64,000 nucleotides of DNA from Balanoglossus misakiensis. Taxonomy: Eukaryota > Animalia > Hemichordata. The position numbers were made by a program, and so were the translations under genes. Under the pieces are notes generated by a model. The model had not been told where the DNA came from, made no database searches, and saw nothing but the letters and a program-made list of their open reading frames with translations. Positions 49,498-61,246 of the stretch are shown here, in pieces. Every line of letters begins with the position of its first letter. Position 1 is the first letter of the stretch. Where the stretch lies: positions 17,677,912 to 17,741,911 of the forward strand of contig CM082578.2 of the NCBI GenBank assembly GCA_040954595.2, given 5' to 3'.

Positions 49498-51696
49498 TTG
49501 TAGACATGCAAGATAAACAATCTGCTGTACTTTCCGCAGATTCCTAGCCACTGTTTCCTTCACACCTTGCCAGTTACAAGCTTCCAAGAATGGCAGTGAC
49601 TCCAAAGATTGGGAGAGATAGCAGTGATGTTCAAATGAATCCATGTTTCATGCTTTATTATGTATTTGTTATGAAACATAGCATGTACTCTGTGTCCATT
49701 CTCTTGGTACTTCTTTTTTTATCATGTTCTTCTTTGTTCCCATCAGAGAAACTGTGTCAGAGTGTAGCTATAGAATTATTTGCCCCATTCCCGTATTCAC
49801 AAGTCACAAAACAAACATTGTATTCATCAGTGATTTAGTTCCTTGAAGTTGCTCACTGACTGAGCAAGAGCTGGTCCAGTCAATCCCTTCTACATACAAA
49901 ACTTGCTAAGCTCATGTCATACATTGGACAAAGTTAAGATTAGTCAAAAGTGTATATTGATATTTTTTTACCGTTCACAAAAACTAAGAAATTAAGCGAA
50001 GCCTTGATTGTTTCTTTTAAAAGGACAAACACAGTTTCAAAGTCACTGTGTAAATCACATCAGACTTGCATATTTTTGTATGTTTTGGTTATTTTTGCAG
50101 AAAAACGCTGTAAATATATTTATATTATAGATGGAGCTAACTGTGAAGGTCAGTTTGTACTTTTCATCAAACATGTTCACCAGTTTGTCATGTTTTTGGT
50201 GTATAGTTATGCTTTGTGATTGATATTTGTTTTCCTAAAAATGTTTTAAAACTTTTAGAACAGTGCAAGGGTGGTTTAACCCAACTTGCTGATGGCAGGA
50301 TATCACGCCATAAGGATGTTGTAACTTGTTGACAGATTATATTGTGATAGTTTAACTTCAACTTATTGGCATCAACCTTGTCGGGGTTTTTTTGTTCTGA
50401 GAAACAATAAACTTTATCTTTGATGTAAAATGATGTGTTATACTGAATAAGTATCATTATGAGATTACCCCCTTGGCATTTCTCGCCCAACATTCAAGGT
50501 TAGGGTTAGGGATTTGGTGAAAGTGAGTGTCCTGAGACTAAAACTATACATTATACTTTGTCAGAGCACAGAGAAGCATAGCCTGAGTACTACATGTACC
50601 AGTATGTGTGATTTGAATGTACTTTTTACCTGATTCATGCATGAATCCCCCCAAGTATTCCAAGATTTGAGTCTTGCAGTCCAGGCTGCAATATTTTAAT
50701 CATTTTTAAAACCATTTTGAGAGATAGGGATTTGACTTCATAGGTTTGTGCACAAGCTTTACTGTGTGAAACCATATAGTATGTTCCGAGTGTAGAATAC
50801 CATAAAATAGATCTTTATTGTGGGTATAGTGTTTATTACATACCATTTTGCATGCAAGGCAAGGTGCAAGGTAATAGTTGCGTGAAATAAAAGGCCATAA
50901 TTATTACAAATGGTGTAAGCGACTGTCGACCAGATGTAGTGCGCCCTCGCCCTCGACAAAACGCGTCGTTTTTGTATTTGGAGGATAAAGAGGCTTCTAC
51001 CATTCCGTGATCCACTTCAATGCATGGCACAAATATAAAGATAAACAAATTTACACACAAAAACTGAGTCCATACAGGTCCCAGCGGATTTTAATCATTG
51101 CATGTGCATCATGAAAAATCCACCTGCCCAGCCAGTTAGTGAATATTCGGGAAATATTTGCATATTAAATCAAGATTTTTTTGAAATCGGAATTTCAGAT
51201 ATCAATCTGTCTAACGGGGCATTTTGCTCGTTCTTCATGTTGACAGAATGGCCTCAAAACGTAGATGTAGGTGAACATATAGTATTTTATTATAAATCCA
51301 CAACATTTACGATCACAACGACGGAAACTTTCCAGAAGACATGTATTCGTGATTTCGTCAGGTTCAACACCTTGAATGTCGACTTAAACACTACGTATAC
51401 ATCGAATCTTTCAGTCGCGCTCTAAATAACTTCAAAATTAAACGAAGATTATGCTTGCATAACGTAATCGTCAAGTAATTAAGTGGTCGGGATATATCCT
51501 CAAATATCAAAAAACATTGGCATTTCTTGCCAAAAGCTTCGATATTATGTCAAGAGATAAGATATACAAAGAACAGCCCTAAGAAAAATAGCAGATACAG
51601 TTATTAAATTTAAAAAATATATCGAGTCAAATATATATAAAATAGCCATAACTATAATGCTGGTTGTTTACATCCACTGAGAATACGGCCGACAGA

Positions 51697-53556
51697 CTAA
51701 AAACCACCACCCCCACTGCCACTCCCGCTTCCGTAATCATAATCTTCGTCATCGCCAGACTCCCCATCATCCTGTTGAGATATAGACGGGAAAAGATGAT
51801 TTTCCGAAATCTCGCGAGACATAATTAATTGCCGCAGTAACGCGTTACCAGCCAATTATTAACACGGCCATTTTGCAGCATTTTGTGCATCAACTTCTGT
51901 TCCCGTGCAAATCCCTACGCCGCGATGAAATGACCAGCATTTCCCTTATCATCACAGTCCTTTACATTCAACCTTAATAAGGAAATCATATGTTTGCAAC
52001 AATATGTGGAGGTCTGCCACAAGAGAATAAGGTGTACGTTGACACTGAAAACTGATCATCTCTGAACCCCCTCCCCTTTTGTGTTAGTGTCATATCTTAC
52101 CATTCCATCGCCCGACCCAGAACCATAATTCACAGTTACTACCTCGCCACCACCTGTCAAGAGAATTTAAATTAATTTAGGATAATTTTGACCGGAACGG
52201 CTTCTTAGAATTACACCCTGAAAATTGTCCTCTTCGACCCTGCATCGAGCCTGTGTCGGCAATTCAACCTGGGACGTATATTCAGAGGTCCCAATCATGG
52301 TGTTTTCATAGCGAGGAATCTTATTTTCATTGAACGTTTTCTAACGCCTACATTCTTACCATAAATTACCATTTTTGATACTGGGCTTTTCCTGGGCCCG
52401 TTATTGAATGAATGAATGAATGAATGAATGAATCATTTAATCAATAAAAAAGAACGAACGAATAAATGGTGACTAACTTATCAAATGTTTTAAGTGATAA
52501 TTGCGGGGTCAAGACTAGTATGGTTACCTGGACACTGGGGCAAACCAAGGCAGTCCCTCGTTTCAAATGGTTTGCCAGCACATTGTTCGCCCCCATTTTG
52601 TGGCGGTGGGTTGTCGCAAAAGCGCAGTCGCTGTTGAAAACTTCCCGCGCCGCACGTGTGAGAACACGGTCCCCATTCTTTCCACTCGCTGTACTGACCA
52701 TCAACTAAAATAAAGAAGGTAACAAGATTTTAGTAATTTTAATGTGTAGATTATCCTTATTGTTTCTGATAGATAGGAAGATTTGTTTTGTGTTTATGAC
52801 TGCAGAGCATTTGTGTGGATTTGTGTGAAGATCTGCCCTTAGGCTATATCCCTTACCTGGGCATCCTATGTTGTTAACACACTCTCTCTTGTCAATGAGA
52901 CTTCCCGGACAATATCTGCCGTCGAATTTCGGCGCAGGATTGCTGCATGAATGTCTTCGGATCTGGTATCCCGATTCGCCAGTGCAAGCTGTAGCCGAAC
53001 ATCGCTCCCAGTCTGTCCATTCCGACCATCCCCCATGCACTGAAGGATGATGATCATAGTGAAAATTAATAGAACGAAAGAATTTTATAATGCTTTCGAC
53101 TCTGCGAGTTTGTGGGATCGATATTTACCCCCACACTGTCTATCCCACATTCCCAAGCGTCCGGGAGTGTGAGTGAAGAAAGTATCCCTCATGACTTAGC
53201 CTTGAAATTCTAGAAGCATCGCCACCCCATTGCCAATATTGCCGTCAAATGTGTAAATCAACATGTAAAGAAATAAACCGCAACACTGGTTGTGTCCGCC
53301 TAGTTTCTTATCGCTCTTTGACAGTGTCAAAATTAGATAATTACTTTCGTGTATCCCGTTATTGTCTCAAGCAAACATATCCTTTTTATTCTATGGATAT
53401 ATTTAAGACAGCTTCCTTCCGCTGTAGTAAGAAAATCAAATGCAAATAATGAACTTCAAGCATGCCATCAATTTTGTTCGTCTTTCGCCATGAAATATGA
53501 GACAATCACTTTGTCAACGGATGTTATGTCGTTTCATTTTTGTTGCCAAAATATCG

Positions 53557-53652
<96 letters not shown>

Positions 53653-56600
53653 AACCGGGGCACCTGCTTGGAGCATTGCACTTTTTCGTTTCTTTTGTTG
53701 AGCCTTCGCAATCACGCCCGCCATACTGGGGTGCCGGGTCTGAACAAGATCGTCTGCGGGTCTTGCGTCCCTTGTCGCAGGTAGCTGAACACTGTGACCA
53801 CGAACTCCACTCACTCCAAGATCCATGAACTGAATAAATAATATATATCACACATCAACATCAGTATTTCCAACTTGCATTGTAATCTAATATGAGAGAA
53901 CACACAAAAGCACGTAAACGAGTCACCATCATGTATTCCAATCATCGTGAACTTGTCAAGACTTCACCTTTCAGTCCTTCTCATATTTGCTCACCTGGGC
54001 ATGGGTCCAATTCGCATATTTGGATCTGCTGACTTCGGCCTTCGCACCTGTTCCCGCCAAACTGAGGAGCCGGGTCGTCACATTCTCTGATACGTCTTCG
54101 CGTCCCATCCTGGCCACAGGTCATCGAACACGCCGTGTAGTCTGACCATGGACCCCAGTTACCATGGACTGTTATACGAATTCCAAAGCAGATAATGACA
54201 TTATCAATTCGGGAAATACGATTCAAGAAGCCACGATTCACCCGAATTAAACTGGACACCTGGAACTGCACTGTAGTCAAATGAACTGGGACCCAGGTGT
54301 TCAATGTTCTAACACGTGACCGCAGAAAACCAATCGGCCGCGCGTGCCGGGAACGGCCGAGTCATGCAACTGTCGAGTCACGCACATTAGCCTCGTGTAG
54401 CTCTTTTGGACACAGTCTATCGGCAAGAAGACATCAAAACTGGCCAAGCAATCTTCATGTGAGGTAAGTAAATTCAGTAAATAGATCATTTGGTCACACG
54501 CACCACGTCAGACAACTTTGGGGATGGACGGTTTGTGACTGGGCGACCAGGAGTTCACGTTTAGGCCCCCTACACATTTGTCACAGGAAAAACAGCGAAC
54601 ATCGCAATCTGCACTCTGTCCGAAAACAAAACATGAGCCATAGGGGTGCTACTTTAATGGGATCTCAAAACAATATTATTTGATAATAAAGTATATGGGC
54701 GTACACCATATACTTTGAACTAAATCAACGATTTTTGGTATATGCTGGAAACTGTGCGGTATTTAGCAAAGGATGGTCGGACTCCCCCCCCCCCCCCCCC
54801 CCCCCCTTCAATCACAGGCGCAATACCGTCAAAAGATTATTACATCGGACACAATCCTCGTAGTTCTCTCCATCTTTTTTTCCAATGTGTTCTACTTACT
54901 CGGGCAGTTTCCCATATAACAATCACGTGATTCAACTCCGTTGCCCTGGCAATCAAGTCCTCCATGCGCCGGCGCCGGGCTGTTGCAATACCGTCTCCTG
55001 TTTTCTTTGCCGGAGCTACAGGTCACAGAACAGGCTGACCACGCGTCCCAGTCGCTCCACTCTCCATTGACTGCAAATGGCCGGGAAAAGAAGATGGAAA
55101 CAATCGGTCACGAAAGGGGGGCTAAATACAGAGCTTCATTCTGCCAGCTTTTCTATTCAGTATTTCCAGTCACATGTTGCAAGTTGCGCCTCATTTCCAG
55201 AGTTGTGAAGAAGGTCTGCCTTCGCTCAACCATGGCGCAAATAACACGCCTCATTTGCCGGAGAGTGTCAACGGCGGTTAAGAGTCACGGGGCGGGGGGA
55301 CTATCGTATCAACCCAATAGATCTCCCACAGAACAATGTGCGAAATGCTAAAGTATTACCTGGGCAGAAGGGTTGAAGCTGGCATGGAGTGACTTGCTGG
55401 TCGGGTCCTTGTCCTTGGCAATCGTGACCTTCTTTGCAGGTCCGCTGACGCCCTTGGTAGCCTTGTCCACATGTCTTACTGCATTCGCCCCAATCACTCC
55501 ATTGATTCCATGCTGAAAGACATCGACGTCGTAACTTTATTCCGAGCGCAAGAATAGAACTAGGGCGGTGAACCAGAATTTATAAGAGGACATACACCAA
55601 AACTGTCTCTTTTCTATACACGTTACTTAACATTTTTTGTAGATTTTGGTAATTTACACGATTGTTTGGCGTGTAATATTAATTTCAAGGTGATTTATAC
55701 CCAGGTGCAGGAAGAAAGCATGTAACGTTTTACTTAGAAATACCGCATTGTTTCCCTGATGGCGCTCTTTAGTCTCGTCTTCATTGACAGGTGAATAAAA
55801 CTGCACCAGAAACCAATAATTAGGAACTCATATTTTTATTTCGCTGGCCGCCTCTATTTTTCAGCCAAAATAATCACAGAAACAATATTTACTATTCACT
55901 TAAAAGAATCTCGGAAGATGAATGTAATGTTCAAAACGGTTGAAAATCGTGAAAAGAGTAGAAAGCAACTCACGATCGTCTTCTACCGGGGGATTTTCTT
56001 CAGCAATTTGCCTGCAGCTCCGACAGTCACGCCCTCTGACGTGTGGTCCCCAACCTTTACCGCCTCTTTCACAGCAGTCCTGGGCATCGGCAAAATTGCC
56101 CTCCATCGGTCTTTTGCATTTTTGTTTCAGGGGGAGGTACTTCTCAAAACAATGTTGGGCACCTGTCGAAAATCAGTAATAGATCAATAAGTGGCTGAGG
56201 CGGTAAGAGTTGACATCTTCTCAAAGGAACAAGAATAGACCAAAGCCCGATTCAGGAATAACGACATTTCGAACGCATCATATTTAAAGGCTGATTGGCA
56301 TTTCGGTGACGTGGCATTCACTTTGTTGCTGTAAAACCGAAAATGGGGGGGGGGGGGGGGGTAAATCATAGAATGAAGAAGTTTCTCTGTCAAAATTAGG
56401 ACAGGTTTGAACGAAGAAAGGATGTTTGCGATATCAGTTACAATACCAAGCGGATGTGGACATTAATTTGCATGCCCGACCTTCGCATTTCATATTATAT
56501 TCATTGACAAAGTGTGCTTTGCATCTTAGATTTGGGCTCTCTGTTTTGTCAATGTCGAAGTCAAGCAGGTATATTATTTGTTAGATGTTATCGAAAATAG

Positions 56601-58502
56601 TTTTACATTTTCCCACTTTCACGGTCGTCCATAAGGTTAACCGTTTTGGTAACTTTTGGGAAACTTTTGTAGCCAAAGCCGGATCTTTTCTAGTTCTGGC
56701 ATACTAATGTGTGAGCTCGGAAAACGGATTTCTGTGTAACGCCTGTCTTTGCATCGCGGAAAACCATCAGAAGCTGATGGTCAAGGCGTTCTCAGCTCTC
56801 TTCAAGGGCCATGTCTAAATGACAAGAAAACGTGCGAAGTGTAACTTGCATGCGATTCACTACCGCCTTTCAGTGAAATTTAGCGGAAGTAGAAATATAG
56901 TTTTCAGTGAATGGGGGAAAATATCACGTTCCTGTTTTGTAAACAGTTCTCTGGTCCAGGTTGGGGAAAACCCGTTGACAGCCATAAGAAAATACAATTC
57001 CTGGAAATATTTTTTCGCGGAGAAAAAGATCTAGACGACATGTTACGTACGTAAAACTTAACAAGTGACTTCAATGGAAAAGATGCATGCATATACCAGT
57101 GATTATATACATATACTGTACACTATTCGTTTGTTTTCATTTTGAAGAAGACAAACTGATTATTTGACGAAACAAATAAACTGATTGTGTAACTACTGGG
57201 AGTTCGTGCCTAGAAATCAAACGTTGCCGGGGAAACAAACTCACACGTGATATGGGAATTCGAAGTGATTGATTCGGTGCAACAAATGCTCCATGGTCAG
57301 ACGTATATGTTAGACCATTTGTTTGTGAAGCTGAGACACCCAGATGGGGACTCGTCTGTAATTTCATGAATTCAGTCAAATTACAAGGACCATTTTCCGG
57401 CCCAGTAGGCTTGCTTGGGCTTCGGTTCGACTGCGGATGCAGACTGAACGCATCGCTGGCTCTACCGCGGCGGGGTTACCGATCAGCCTTTGTGTCCTGT
57501 ATGCGCTAGCTCTTGTAGATTTTATCACATCTGTATTGTCGAGCCATTAAACCATCAATGCTCCTGACAAGAACTGTTGTTTCCATGAGCGATATTCGTA
57601 TCCTAAAACGGAGCGGGTTGAGTGATGGAACTCGACAAATGTACAGTGTACAATGATAAAGAATTGACCCCCCCCCCACCATTTCTCTCTCTCTCTCTCT
57701 CTCTCTGTCTGATCAGGTAGGAGAGAGGGCGTCGACCTGACAGGTATCGAATTGACAACTTCGATCTGGTCGTTGTTTGCAGGTCCGATTCACAATTCAA
57801 GCAACGCGCGTGTTAATAGACTATCACAGTCGCATATGCCACGCTACAATAAAGGGCCGACTGAGCGATCGATGGCAAGAGACTGCACAATTGTACTGAA
57901 TCAATGAGTGGATTTACTTGTAACAATCCCGCCATTTCATATTTTTCGACTCTCTATAAATATTTTAGAAGTCTCATGAGCCCTATGGACAATTGCATTC
58001 ACAAGTATCGATACAATGTCTGATTTGCTCAGAAGTCGTAGAGAAATTGGTGTAAGAGAATGCAGTCTTGACAATTTGTGTTTTGAAACCCTGTTTCGTC
58101 TCATTTTCCTCATAAGATTTCGCTTGCTTTTGAAAGAGTTCGTCGCTGTCTTTATATCAACCGCTTCGTTGTGCGGGCCTATGTCTGCCGCGGTCATGAA
58201 ATCATATCCAAGACAAAAATATTGACGCCGAGAATACTATAAAAATTCCGTCAAAATTATCTCGAAAATATTATTTGATGGGGGGGGGGGGGGGATGTGC
58301 GTGACTTACACATGACGTGACTAAGTAATAATCTTAGGGGAATAGCGTCTATTCCATTCAAGGACTCCAAGAAATGCGAGTCGCTACTTAAAGAAAGGGA
58401 TGTTCTGCCATCACCTATCGGTAATAATCGTCAAGACTTACCCGCTAGCGACGCTAATAACGTCGACAACGTGAATATGACTATTACGATTGTCCCTGTC
58501 AT
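51697..58502 (-). CDS. Secreted properdin-like protein: signal peptide, TB-like Cys domain, six thrombospondin type-1 repeats and acidic Ser-Gly tail, about 469 aa, 10 exons
   Basis: Exons 58502-58442 ([20 protein letters not shown]), 56162-55974 (CFEKY...C...DCC...CRSC), 55512-55360, 55070-54900, 54168-53995, 53829-53656, 53039-52857, 52704-52528 (each a phase-1/1 TSR with WxxW, CSxTC-type and RxRxC motifs), 52153-52101, 51771-51697 ([24 protein letters not shown]). Confidence 0.88.
52406..52433. repeat. (TGAA)n microsatellite
   Basis: About 7 tandem tgaa units. Confidence 0.9.
53561..53650. repeat. (GA)45 microsatellite
   Basis: Perfect GA dinucleotide tract beginning 5 nt inside the intron after the TSR4 exon donor. 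Confidence 0.97.
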
Positions 58503-59169
58503 TCTGTGGACGACGTGTGGGTCCTGTTCAAGACGAGAGAACTACGCCTGTGTATGAACGTGCACACAGCCAGCGGTTGCTGTTAAGTCCTGCTTCCCGT
58601 ATGCAAAGAAGGCGGGATGTAAGCGTTTCGTAGAATAAACCATTTCACGTGAGTAAGGACAGAGCATGAAGGGCGGAACTGTGAGGGTCACGTTACGGAA
58701 ACGTAATGGTTTACATGCGGATTAGGCCCTATGCATAGAAAATTCGATAAAAACATATCTGGCCGCATCGGGTTACCTCGGAAAGTTAATAGTTGGTTTC
58801 AGAAACATCGTGTCCGTATCTATTCTTAAATTATGACCCCTTCTATTTCGTTTCTATAAACATTCGTGGGGAGGAGGATGATGGTACGGTCGATTAAACC
58901 CGTCGAGTTTTCACCTTTCATTGCGCACATTAAAATCAATTACACATTTTAAATGACATAATGTCCGAGAATGCAAACAGAATATTACTCGGGAAACCTA
59001 AGACAACTTTAATTAAATTTGCAAGACATGCATCTTTAATATGTGTAGGTAATGTAAGTGGGCATGTCCGGGATGGAGTATTTCATGGTTGCACAGGTGG
59101 GGGTAAGGGCAACTTTAAAATTGGAATGTCTAGGGACGGATGAAGAAACAGAATACTTTTTGTCATAAT

Positions 59170-59461
59170 TTTACTCAGGCAACTTAAAATTATTTCTCTT
59201 GAAATTGAAAATAAAAATAGGGGTCACCGTGCAAAAATATGAATGACAGAGAAAAACTGTCTCAAATTTGATATTCAAAATGGCCGTCAATGGAGAAAAT
59301 TTAAGTTAGCGATTTTTTAGAATAAAAATGGTTGTGAACACCCTGTTTTCATCTTTGTTTTCAAATACTCTGACAAACTGTAATATCAACTAAGAATTGA
59401 AAGGTTTGGAAGATTATTATTTTTTTCCTGAAAATCATTCCCCGAGGCAGTACTACCTTAA
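59170..59461. mobile_element. Probable truncated non-autonomous DNA transposon ending ...ctaccTTAA
   Basis: Terminal cgaggcagtactaccttaa and internal ggggtcaccgtgcaaa / caaaatggccg motifs resemble TTAA-type MITEs. The matching left TIR was not found. Confidence 0.35.
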
Positions 59462-61246
59462 CTACAAGTGGGTGTATTGTGTAACTGTATATGTAAATCA
59501 GTGGACACTGTATCCTGTCTATTATCAGCCGAGTTCTTCCATTTTAGTGTAGGGGCCTGTGCTGTGCTACCAATGACTGCAAAGCATGCACAGGGTGAGA
59601 TAAGGAGTTTGCATAATCTTAATTTATTCATTTCTCTGTCCTTGAAAACAATCACAATAATTAGTACAACTGAAGTGGAAATATTTACAGAATATACAAA
59701 CCTGAAACAAAATAACATTTTATCTTTCTTGAGTTTTCAAGTGAATCAAGCCTTCCAACCCCTAGATTCTGGTTTATGCAAATAACCAGTTAATATAAAA
59801 TCTCTTATACTGATTATCAAATTAATATGAAAGATATCTTTGGTGTGTTATATACATGTATGGTAATATCTTGAACGGAATATTAATGTTTACAAAAAAG
59901 ATGCCAGAATGTGGATAAATACAACCTTCACACTAACTGCATGGCAAGTCATTACTTTGGACTCGGCAAGGTGACTCAGGGTGTACAGAGTCATGAAAAT
60001 GCGCGATAAAAAAACAGGAAAGATTGACATCAAAAGGGAAGGACATCTGAGTGACACAGTTACAGTTTCACTGTAAAACACAATTACAGAGTAAACAGCC
60101 TTTTTATTCTCTGATTCAGTGACTCAGTCCAACCCACAGGTCTGTATCAGTGTCAATGACCTTTCTTGGCAATGCATAACCTATATGCAGGGTTCTTTGC
60201 AGTAACTTTTTATAGGCCAAGCCATTAATTCACTTTTGTTATTTTAGCATGACTTGAATTTCTCTACAATTTACATCAAGGAATATCTTGTATGAATATA
60301 AGCTTTTGCCATCAACAGACCTTGCCACACCTGTTATGGTCGCGTTACAATATTCTCATCAAACAAACAAATATATACATAATTCTCCAAGTTCAAAAAA
60401 ATGACAACTATGGTGGCCAGATTGTCAGCCCAAGAAAGAAATGCTATAATTAAGCATTTCTTTGAATAAACTTTTTTAGAGGAAATATTGAGATCAATTT
60501 GATATGTATATGAACATCAGACCTTGTCTAATCTTTTATAGCATGAGAATGCATTAAGTAAAAAAGACAATGACAGGAGAAATTGACTACAAGGAGTTCA
60601 ATATTAACACTGGAATACCATGACATTTCAAGATAAGGTAGATCTTGCTGTAATACCGCTGTGACTGCAACTGAATCAAATTAAGACAGGATTTCTGAAG
60701 GCCAGACACAACATGACATGAATACATAAACATTGTTGTCGTGTCACTATTCACATAATTCAGGCCATGCATACAAAATACGCAAGACGATGAACTCGCA
60801 CTTCTGTGACAGTGTTTGATCATCATTGTGAGTATCTTCATTTTCGTTTTGTTTCAAAACGAAATACATACTGGGGGGGGGGGATTACAAGGGTGAGGTC
60901 TATATTCAGACAAGGTTGATTTCATAGAGTAAGTGAAACTATAGGCATTCTGTTAAAAAAACACCATGAGAGTATAACTAGTGTGTAATGCCAGGTGTAC
61001 TCTTGCCATGAAGATTTGGAGGGGGGGGGGGCGATGGGTAAATGGTTTTCTGAAGCTCCCCTTTGGTCCAGAATTCACCATTCTGTTACTCGATATTCTC
61101 ACGGAGATTTTGTGACCTTTGAGTCGTGTATCAATGGCTTCCCCTGTGTCTCTGACTACAATTACATCTCCCCCTGGGGATATTACACCTACATTCTTCT
61201 ACCATACGTCAAAAAAAAGTCACAGGGGGTTGTTGACATTGTGATG

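Noticed and set aside
53349-53826. ORFs with ER/SL dipeptide runs
   Set aside because: Translation artefacts of the (GA)45 microsatellite.
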